IMG/VR virus record: IMGVR_UViG_3300033802_000463
Location: 64,001-128,000 of that record
DNA from: a virus
DNA length: 64,000 nucleotides
Reading direction: 5' to 3' (one strand)
A model generated the notes under the pieces. That model had not been told where the DNA came from. It did not search any database and saw only the letters and a list, made by a program, of their open reading frames with translations. The translations under genes and the position numbers were made by a program. This document shows positions 40,481 to 47,108 of the stretch, one piece after another; position 1 is the first letter of the stretch; each line of letters begins with the position of its first letter.

Positions 40481-41676
40481 GCCGCATTCGCTCCAAATAC
40501 CGGAATTACATATTGTTCAAACGCTGCCGTCTCTCCGATCATTTTGGATTGCACCAATGCGCCAACCATATAGAATCCAATGACGTTCGCAAATTGCGGA
40601 TTTTCGAGCGATACCAAGATGTCGATGCCTTTCTCGGCAAGCAATTCGCGGATCGCATTGTCGAAAATATGCGCGCCGCCTCCGGTGAGGTAGATCGCAT
40701 TCAAGCGGAACACTTCGTCTCCCCAGGCATCCAGCACAGCTTTGACAATGATCGGCGCAACTTCATCAACGGCCGCTTTGATTTCTTCCTCAACCGGAAC
40801 GGGTTTGTTCAGATGAATAATTTCTTTTGTTCGGATGGCTTGATCCAAATCTTCATCCGTTACTTTGATCCGTTTGCCCATGCTGTCAAATTTGGCAACA
40901 ATCAGTTTGCGCAGGGCGTCGTATACTGCCGTGGTGGCCACCGTAGAAATAATGTGGTCTTTCCGGCGATCATCGATGGTTCCGTTAATGAACAGTGCCG
41001 CATCGGTTGTACCATGACCAATATCGATGACACCCAGGTTTTTGTGCTTCACATTGTTGATGATAAAATTCACCGGGTCGAACACAAAGCTGTCGTAGGT
41101 GACTGATCCTTCTGGCTGGCGAAGAACCAGATTTCCAACAATATTGATCTTTTTCCTGACGGTAATCGGCTTCTTTTGATGGCGATCATAGCCAACGTGG
41201 AAATCAATTTCATAGCTTCCGGTCAAAAACTCTTCGAGATCCGCCCGGATGTTCAAATCATAATCTTCGTTTGGAACGCCTGTAACGACAAACACATCAT
41301 ATTCGCCTTCTTCGTGAGGAACACTCATGGCGATCGCTGTCTTAAACAGAACGCGGCTGACAGGATCTTTGGCGCGGTTCCGGTCGCGCGTCCGGTTTGA
41401 AGCCCCCATGTCTACCTGAAGCGCCTGAAGTCCGACGTAATGCGTTTCACCATCAATGGTCACAAGCAGCTCGTCTTTATGTATCCTTCCGCTGAATCCG
41501 CTTGCCCCTTCTGCCCTTCCGGACATCGCTGTGCTCGGGAAGTTGTCCCCGTCCGTGACATAATTGGAAAGAAACTTGGTAATCCCAAATCCGATGTCGA
41601 TTCCAGCCAAATAAGGATACGTTTGCTTTGTCCCTTCTTCCCTGGCGATACCCGCTTGTTTGATCTTGGACGGCAT
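40477..41676 (-). CDS. parM: ParM/StbA-family actin-like ATPase
   Basis: GIDIGFGITK, VTGVP, QPEG, VIDIGHGTTD, YLTGGGA, FANVIG. Confidence 0.88.
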   Translation of the reverse strand: MPSKIKQAGIAREEGTKQTYPYLAGIDIGFGITKFLSNYVTDGDNFPSTAMSGRAEGASGFSGRIHKDELLVTIDGETHYVGLQALQVDMGASNRTRDRNRAKDPVSRVLFKTAIAMSVPHEEGEYDVFVVTGVPNEDYDLNIRADLEEFLTGSYEIDFHVGYDRHQKKPITVRKKINIVGNLVLRQPEGSVTYDSFVFDPVNFIINNVKHKNLGVIDIGHGTTDAALFINGTIDDRRKDHIISTVATTAVYDALRKLIVAKFDSMGKRIKVTDEDLDQAIRTKEIIHLNKPVPVEEEIKAAVDEVAPIIVKAVLDAWGDEVFRLNAIYLTGGGAHIFDNAIRELLAEKGIDILVSLENPQFANVIGFYMVGALVQSKMIGETAAFEQYVIPVFGANAA

Positions 41677-41690
41677 AAATTTTCCTCCTC

Positions 41691-41760
41691 GTTACTCAAA
41701 TATACTCAAAATTACTCTTTATGAGTAAATTCTATCATGTTTCTTTTATAAAAACAAGAA
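41691..41760 (-). promoter_or_regulatory. parM promoter with parC-like 10-bp-phased repeats
   Basis: TTGTTT-17-TAGAAT (extended TG) on the minus strand; repeats GTTACTCAAA/TATACTCAAA/ATTACTCTTT plus an inverted TGAGTAA. Confidence 0.55.
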
Positions 41761-41925
41761 ATACTTTCCTCTATAAATCTTGCAAAATCTCTATTTTTCT
41801 ACAAAATGAAGCAGCCTGCAGATGTGCCGTTTCTGCAGGCTGCTTCATGATGTGCGGGGTTGTCACGAAAGGTGGAGATCCTTCGCAAGTGACTATTTCA
41901 AGCCTTTCGGCTCAAAATACAATGA

Positions 41926-42120
41926 TTATTCGGTTTGCTCGATATCTTCTTCGGGTTCAGCGGCCAGGCAAGACTCACATGGTTCATTTGCCTGCTCTTG
42001 CGTGCTTTTAGGAGATCCGACACAATAATCGCTGATGACCTTAATCAGATTTCCGCAGACCGGGCAGATGACTTCTCTGCGCCATGGCCATACGTTTCGA
42101 TCAATGGGCATCGGAATCAC
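41926..42120 (-). CDS. Small Zn-ribbon protein
   Basis: CPVC...CESC; RBS GAGGGTG. Confidence 0.45.
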   Translation of the reverse strand: MIPMPIDRNVWPWRREVICPVCGNLIKVISDYCVGSPKSTQEQANEPCESCLAAEPEEDIEQTE

Positions 42121-42135
42121 CCTCTTAAACGTTTA

Positions 42136-42213
42136 TGGTCGGGACGGCAGGACTCGAACCTGCGATCCCGCGCTCCCAAGGCGTGTGCGCTAACCAAGCT
42201 GCGCTACGTCCCG
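42136..42213 (-). tRNA. tRNA-Pro(TGG)
   Basis: Cloverleaf, CT-TGG-GA loop, CCA encoded. Confidence 0.9.
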
Positions 42214-42219
42214 CTATGA

Positions 42220-42308
42220 ATCAGGAGGAGGATTCGAACCGCCGATATTGACACCCATTCTCTTCGCGAGCAGGAATCGAACCTGCGTGTCAATACCCCA
42301 TGCCTGAT
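42220..42308 (-). ncRNA. tRNA-like element with two T-arms and no anticodon arm
   Basis: ATCAGG/CCTGAT closing stem; GTATTGACAC/GTGTCAATAT stem; GCAGG-TTCGATT-CCTGC and GGCGG-TTCGAAT-CCTCC. Confidence 0.5.
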
Positions 42309-42309
42309 A

Positions 42310-42398
42310 TGGCGGATGGAGAGGGATTCGAACCCCCGTAGACTTTCGCCCTAACGGTTTTCAAGACCGCCCCGTTATGACCACTTCGGTATCCATCC
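42310..42398 (-). tRNA. tRNA-Ser(TGA)
   Basis: Long variable arm, CT-TGA-AA loop, GCCA end. Confidence 0.92.
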
Positions 42399-42401
42399 GA
42401 A

Positions 42402-42474
42402 TGCTGCCGAGAGGAATCGAACCTCCAACCTGCTGATTACAAGTCAGCTGCTCTGCCTGTTGAGCTACAGCAGC
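42402..42474 (-). tRNA. tRNA-Thr(TGT)
   Basis: CT-TGT-AA loop; CCA not encoded. Confidence 0.9.
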
Positions 42475-42480
42475 AGATTA

Positions 42481-42556
42481 TGGCGGAACCGACGGGATTT
42501 GAACCCGCGATCTCCTGCGTGACAGGCAGGTATGCTAACCGCTGCACCACGGTTCC
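42481..42556 (-). tRNA. tRNA-Asp(GTC)
   Basis: CT-GTC-AC loop, GCCA end. Confidence 0.92.
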
Positions 42557-42566
42557 GAATGAAGAA

Positions 42567-42639
42567 TGGATCCTGCAGGACTTGAACCTACAACCAACCG
42601 GTTATGAGCCGGCTGCTCTACCAGTTAAGCTAAGGATCC
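42567..42639 (-). tRNA. tRNA(CAT), probably Ile2 rather than Met
   Basis: CT-CAT-AA loop; body resembles Bacillus-type Ile2; lacks initiator features; CCA not encoded. Confidence 0.8.
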
Positions 42640-42640
42640 A

Positions 42641-42716
42641 TGGCTCCCCGAACAGGACTCGAACCTGTGACCCGCAGATTAACAGTCCGCTGCTCTACCG
42701 ACTGAGCTATCAGGGA
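42641..42716 (-). tRNA. tRNA-Asn(GTT)
   Basis: CT-GTT-AA loop, GCCA end. Confidence 0.92.
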
Positions 42717-42717
42717 A

Positions 42718-42792
42718 TGGCACCGGCTCAGGGATTCGAACCCCGACTGACGGTTTTGGAGACCGCTGTTCTGCCAATTAAACTAATCCGAT
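42718..42792 (-). tRNA. tRNA-Trp(CCA)
   Basis: CT-CCA-AA loop, GCCA end, one acceptor-stem mismatch. Confidence 0.85.
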
Positions 42793-42802
42793 TTGATGAA
42801 AA

Positions 42803-42888
42803 TGGGAAAGGAGAGATTCGAACTCCCTGCGTTTCTAATGTGCCGGATTTACAGTCCGGTGCCACTCCGCCATTGTGACCGCTTTCCC
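42803..42888 (-). tRNA. tRNA-Tyr(GTA)
   Basis: CT-GTA-AA loop, long variable arm; CCA not encoded. Confidence 0.85.
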
Positions 42889-42893
42889 ATGGA

Positions 42894-43035
42894 TTCATGT
42901 TCCTCTCCTCTCGCAACTTTCTCCATGAACACTCTCATTATGTATGCACCGCCCCTGCTGTGGATTGGCGGCGAAACAGGGGCGGTGCGTCGTCAGATAC
43001 CGTCCAAAAACCGAGAGAGGAGAGGCTATCATGAA
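42894..43035 (-). ncRNA. Rod-shaped structured RNA heading the tRNA operon (6S-like shape)
   Basis: CCTCTCCTCTC/GAGAGGAGAGG closing stem, GU-rich middle, internal bubble, GCACCGCCCCTG/CAGGGGCGGTGC apical stem. Confidence 0.45.
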
Positions 43036-43062
43036 CAGCCCAGGCATCGCTGCCTGTTTCTT

Positions 43063-43092
43063 ATTATACACATATTGTAATGCATTACAATA
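43063..43092 (-). promoter_or_regulatory. sigmaA-like promoter of the tRNA cluster overlapped by a 20-bp palindrome
   Basis: TTGTAA-16-TATAAT; TATTGTAATGCATTACAATA at 43073-43092. Confidence 0.65.
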
Positions 43093-43119
43093 CATTTTTT
43101 GTGTTTTTCTTCAACTTCC

Positions 43120-43830
43120 TCACCAATCCATAACCATAGCATTGCGATGCGGCTCATTCTCGCTCGCTTCCACATCGCACATGTATTCCATCCGCCAAAC
43201 TTGATCACTCATATACCGTCTGGATTCCTGCATGGCCTCATATAGGGACGGAAACATATTTCCCGTAATCGTCGTTACATAACCGCCCATCATTTGTGCA
43301 TACCGATGATACTGCTTAAATACGGTATCTTCTCGCCTGACCATCGAACCGGCCATCACTACGTCGCTATTCAGCTGATTAAGATATCGAATCATCGTAT
43401 TCATGTTCCCGATGCCGCGGCGGATCTCCGGCTCATCAAAAAGCAGCTGCTTATTGCTCCGATAGGACGAAACGTAGCCTTCCAGCGAATGCTCAATATG
43501 AATGAAATGGTCATTGACGTAAAGTTCCATCATGTCATTACTGTCTCGTGTGATCTGAGCGTCCATGTCCATTTCCAAGATCAATCGGCACAGCATATCA
43601 AAATAATGGCGCCTTAATTGACTGGACGGCACAATGAGTATTGCATCTTTATCTTTCTTTAGAATCGCCCGTTTCATAAGCGCCGTGGTCTTCCCGCTCT
43701 TGCGGCAGGCGATGGCCGAAATGCAACGCGCATCACTGTTGATGAAGTCATCCCAAATCCTATACTCGCCCTCGCCTCGATACGGCGGAAGACCGGGATG
43801 CACCTCCAAATACTGGGCTAACAGATCCAT
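43120..43830 (-). CDS. Stand-alone terminase-like ATPase domain protein
   Basis: ACRKSGKTT Walker A, LLFDE Walker B, C-terminal WRMEYMCD; ATG 43830 after AGGTG. Confidence 0.6.
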   Translation of the reverse strand: MDLLAQYLEVHPGLPPYRGEGEYRIWDDFINSDARCISAIACRKSGKTTALMKRAILKKDKDAILIVPSSQLRRHYFDMLCRLILEMDMDAQITRDSNDMMELYVNDHFIHIEHSLEGYVSSYRSNKQLLFDEPEIRRGIGNMNTMIRYLNQLNSDVVMAGSMVRREDTVFKQYHRYAQMMGGYVTTITGNMFPSLYEAMQESRRYMSDQVWRMEYMCDVEASENEPHRNAMVMDW

Positions 43831-44047
43831 GCGAATCACCTGCCTCGATAAAGCGCGGACCTCTGTATCCGTCTTTGTTGATTTCTTCAAACCACATCGA
43901 AAGCGGCCGGAAAAACAGCTCACCTTCTTCATTTGTGTAAGACACCATATCTTCCATCGTTTCTGAATGCTTTCCAATTCCAATGACCCTGTACACCTTG
44001 CCGTTCTTCCAATGGCGATACAGAGCCCCAATCCTTGGTGTTCTCAT
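43760..44047 (-). CDS. DUF1653-family protein
   Basis: YRHWKNGKVYRVIGIGKHSETMEDMVSY...FRPLSMW. Confidence 0.75.
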   Translation of the reverse strand: MRTPRIGALYRHWKNGKVYRVIGIGKHSETMEDMVSYTNEEGELFFRPLSMWFEEINKDGYRGPRFIEAGDSHGSVSPVFGGASRSSAVSRRGRV

Positions 44048-44255
44048 GGTCCTATTCTCCTTATAAAAAAAGGCCGTGGGCCTTCAATGTTTCTTTTCTT
44101 CTGAGTTTCCCAATGTTGTTTGAGCTTGCCTTTTATCGAAATAGCCGTCACAGATCTTCGTATCATGAATGACGGTTTTCTTTCTGCAGCAGAAACCAAT
44201 GAACTCGGGAGTATACCGGTCTTGACACAACTCCACACATAATAAGCATGACTCT

Positions 44256-44441
44256 TCATGTTCGGCTTTCATAATAAACACCTGCCGCTTGCAGAAGCTC
44301 GCGGGCAAGTGAAAATCGGCCAAACCAATAATCATCTGAGGTCCGTACTTCTGCGTTTTTATATTCGTTTTTAATTCTGTCAATCAGTTCCTGGAACTTT
44401 TGCGGATCCATGTGCATCCTCCTGTCAATTGTGATAAACAA
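44256..44441 (-). CDS. Small hypothetical protein
   Basis: ORF in operon; true start probably at MDPQKF after GGAGG. Confidence 0.45.
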   Translation of the reverse strand: MFITIDRRMHMDPQKFQELIDRIKNEYKNAEVRTSDDYWFGRFSLARELLQAAGVYYESRT

Positions 44442-44808
44442 TCCAATCGTCAGCCATCATATCGTCGCCATCTGCCGTGTATTCTGTCGGCTCATGTCCC
44501 GGAATCACGATCTGCTCCATGATCGTTCCCGTATTTTCATCCAGATACAGATAAGAATTGATTTTACTAAATCGTGTTACTTTCCATCCAGACTTGACCA
44601 ATGTCAGTGCGATGCTGAAATCAAAGTGCCTCAGATACTGAAGATCTTCATTATTCGGAACAATAATCAGCACTTTGCTGTCGCCAAATTGCTCTTGCCA
44701 TGCTTCGGCAAACCGAGCTGCATCTTCATAGGGCATATCGCCGGCTTTAAGAACATAAACCCCCTGAACATACTGAGCCCGATGAATATACTCTTGCAAG
44801 AGCTCCAT
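44425..44808 (-). CDS. DUF2829/Tad2-like domain protein
   Basis: FDFSIALTLVKSGWKVTR...DDMMADDWIV. Confidence 0.55.
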   Translation of the reverse strand: MELLQEYIHRAQYVQGVYVLKAGDMPYEDAARFAEAWQEQFGDSKVLIIVPNNEDLQYLRHFDFSIALTLVKSGWKVTRFSKINSYLYLDENTGTIMEQIVIPGHEPTEYTADGDDMMADDWIVYHN

Positions 44809-45002
44809 TCGGTCACCGACACCTCCAGGAGCACGCTAGTAGCCGTTTCATGATAACCTCTCCCCTGTCACAGCCAGTCTTCTTCCATCAATTGAGCTGT
44901 GGATTGTCCGCTGTCCGGCAGCTTTAATTCGATCAAAGCCTTGAAACGCATAACGAAACAGTGGATTTGCTGTTACCGCCTTGTTACTAAAAAGCACCGC
45001 AA

Positions 45003-45368
45003 TCACCTCCTTTCGGATTCGTTGCGGTTTCCTGCCTTTCTCTTTAACCGACTATTCTTTTTGTACTGGCTTCGCTTCACTTTACAGGATGAACAATAGA
45101 CCGTCGTGCGGTCATTTTCTTTCCCGCACATGACGCAGAGTCCTTTCTCCAATCTGTCTTGATATTGCTTTTTCTGATAGTGCTTTTGGCAAAGACCTGC
45201 GCCAAATGCTTTGCGGTTGCATTCCGGCTCACTGCATGTACCCGCTTCTTTTCGCATGACCGCATTCGCATCCCCATAACGAAGCTCACGCCTGTAGTGC
45301 TTCCAACACTTCCCCCTGGCGACAACTTTTTCTTCTGTGCATCCTTCGACACTGCAGCCCATCTCCAT
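45003..45368 (-). CDS. Cys/His-rich Zn-finger repeat protein
   Basis: CSVEGC...CWKHY, CSEPEC...CQKHY, CVMC...CSSC. Confidence 0.65.
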   Translation of the reverse strand: MEMGCSVEGCTEEKVVARGKCWKHYRRELRYGDANAVMRKEAGTCSEPECNRKAFGAGLCQKHYQKKQYQDRLEKGLCVMCGKENDRTTVYCSSCKVKRSQYKKNSRLKRKAGNRNESERR

Positions 45369-45374
45369 CCCCCT

Positions 45375-45548
45375 TTACTCAAATACATCATCTCTACATT
45401 GTTGTTCTTTGATACTCCTTACACGGATTCGAATCTTCTTGTCAGCTTGGATCTTCTTCTCAGCCTCCTCTCCTGAAGAAGCCTCAACAAGTGCGAAATA
45501 AATCGCTCTCAATGGCGGAATTTCGTATTCCACACCGTAGGTACGCAT
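45375..45548 (-). CDS. Small hypothetical protein (first gene of left arm)
   Basis: RBS GAGGGTGG; MRTYGVEYEIPP...; downstream of TTGTCA-18-TACAAT. Confidence 0.5.
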   Translation of the reverse strand: MRTYGVEYEIPPLRAIYFALVEASSGEEAEKKIQADKKIRIRVRSIKEQQCRDDVFE

Positions 45549-45572
45549 CACTTTTACCACCCTCTTTATCTT

Positions 45573-45602
45573 ATTGTAATGCATTACATTACACTTTGAC
45601 AA
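45573..45602 (-). promoter_or_regulatory. Leftward sigmaA-like promoter overlapped by TGTAATGCATTACA
   Basis: TTGTCA-18-TACAAT on the minus strand; palindrome at 45575-45588. Confidence 0.55.
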
Positions 45603-45720
45603 GACAGAAAAAACCCTATATAGCCCCAAATTTTTATAAAAAAATTTTGGGCCAAGCCTCTTCATTTGACACTCTGGAAAAAACCCCATATAGGGCCATT
45701 TTTATAAAAAAAAATTGCGC
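45595..45720 (+). repeat. Imperfect 70-bp-period tandem duplication at the strand switch
   Basis: Two copies of TTTGACA-N17-TATAG-GC-rich-TTTTTATAAAAAAA(A)TT. Confidence 0.7.
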
Positions 45721-45809
45721 GTGGTAGTAGGTTTCCTTGAGTTGGGTATGGGCGGCGTTCGGAGCCCCACCCACCTCTAATACCAAATACGATGAAAGGA
45801 TGATTTCGC

Positions 45810-45992
45810 ATGGCACAACAAAAACAAAGACTGAAACTGATCATGGAGTATCTGAAGGAGAACGGGAAAGCTGTTCGATTTGGTGACCTGATGAGACAAG
45901 GATTCTATTCCTTTGTCATCAAGATGGTGGCTGAAGAAGTGGGAGCAAAGCTTGATTATGACGATCAAGGGTACAGCATCATCGCCTTCTGA
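45810..45992 (+). CDS. Small hypothetical protein (first gene of right arm)
   Basis: RBS AAAGGA; 60 aa. Confidence 0.6.
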   Translation: MAQQKQRLKLIMEYLKENGKAVRFGDLMRQGFYSFVIKMVAEEVGAKLDYDDQGYSIIAF

Positions 45993-46008
45993 TGATGCTC
46001 CCTCTCTT

Positions 46009-46063
46009 GCCTGCACCGTGCTGGCCTCCCCGTGGCGCAGGTGGATACCCAACCAACAGCACG
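46009..46063 (+). ncRNA. Minimal HDV-like (theta-type architecture) self-cleaving ribozyme
   Basis: P1 GCCUGC/GCAGGU with G1-U wobble; J1/2 AC; P2 CGUGCUG/CAGCACG; P3 GCC/GGC; L3 UCCCCGU; GG for P1.1; J4/2 CCAA. Confidence 0.85.
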
Positions 46064-46164
46064 ATTGGCACGCTGATGACAGTATGCGTGTTCAATTAAA
46101 ACCTGTCACACCAATCAGGGTTGGCAGTGATCCCGCAAAACTGACCATAAGAAAGGAGTTTAAC

Positions 46165-46698
46165 ATGAAAAACGCAGCAGCAAACATCAAATTCGGTTAT
46201 GAGCTGAAGAACGCCCTGGGCAAGATTGTGGTTATGCCAAGGGCACACAAGGCAATGGTAATCGGCAAGTCTGTAAGCAAGGGCAAGATGGTTTTCGATG
46301 CAGTTGTGACCTATGGTGGCAAGGCTCTGAACGCCGTATGGAAAGGCATCAAGTGGACCGGACGCATGCTCTGGAGGAATCGTGCAGCGATTACCATTGG
46401 TGCAGTGTCGGCTATTGCAGCCGGCGCCATGACGAGTAGCATGACAGGTGCAGTCATGGCAGCTTCAGCAATTGCTCCCGCAGCGATGATGGCATGGGAT
46501 TCGATTATTGCATCGATCCGGGAACGCAAGATGCAATTCCGCTTGAATCTGAGGAGGATGTTGAATGCATCCATTGCGGGATCCATGTTCCCTTGCTTGT
46601 TTATCTATGGCTTCTTTGGCCTGGCGCTTGCTTTGGATTATGCCTTCTATGCTGCACTGGATGGGCTGTTCTATAGCCTGGTGCTGTTCTACCTGTAA
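46165..46698 (+). CDS. Membrane protein
   Basis: RBS AAAGGAG; several hydrophobic helices. Confidence 0.7.
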   Translation: MKNAAANIKFGYELKNALGKIVVMPRAHKAMVIGKSVSKGKMVFDAVVTYGGKALNAVWKGIKWTGRMLWRNRAAITIGAVSAIAAGAMTSSMTGAVMAASAIAPAAMMAWDSIIASIRERKMQFRLNLRRMLNASIAGSMFPCLFIYGFFGLALALDYAFYAALDGLFYSLVLFYL

Positions 46699-46975
46699 TT
46701 AGGTAGACAGTACAGGTGATGATGCATATGCCTGACGTGATGACGACGGATGAAGGCATGGTGTAGGCGTCACCAGGCGCGGCGCAGGCATGCGCGCCCT
46801 ATAAATACATGGCTGTTGGATTGATGCCTCCATTACCGGCATCCGCAGTGATGACAAGCGCATTGTTATCCGTATTGGCCACTCGTCATGATGGCCCGCA
46901 GTAGCGCCGGCGATATAGGTGCTCTTTGTCGTTTAGTGGGAATCACCCGCCGGCATCGTACCCGTCATTTGCAGA

Positions 46976-47003
46976 GGTTTCATCCTCTTGGCGGGACTCA
47001 TGC
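46976..47003. repeat. Left arm of 28-nt long-range inverted repeat
   Basis: GGTTTCATCCTCTTGGCGGGACTCATGC; 27/28 reverse complement of 51320-51347. Confidence 0.9.
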
Positions 47004-47108
47004 TTGATCACTTGCAGTATATAAGCTGCTTTTTCTAATTTTCTATTTTTCTGCTTTTATATCAATTTTCAAGATCAACAAATTCACATAAAAGGAGAAT
47101 GATTCACT

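Noticed and set aside
43073-43092. CcpA cre site
   Set aside because: Central dinucleotide is GC rather than the conserved CG.
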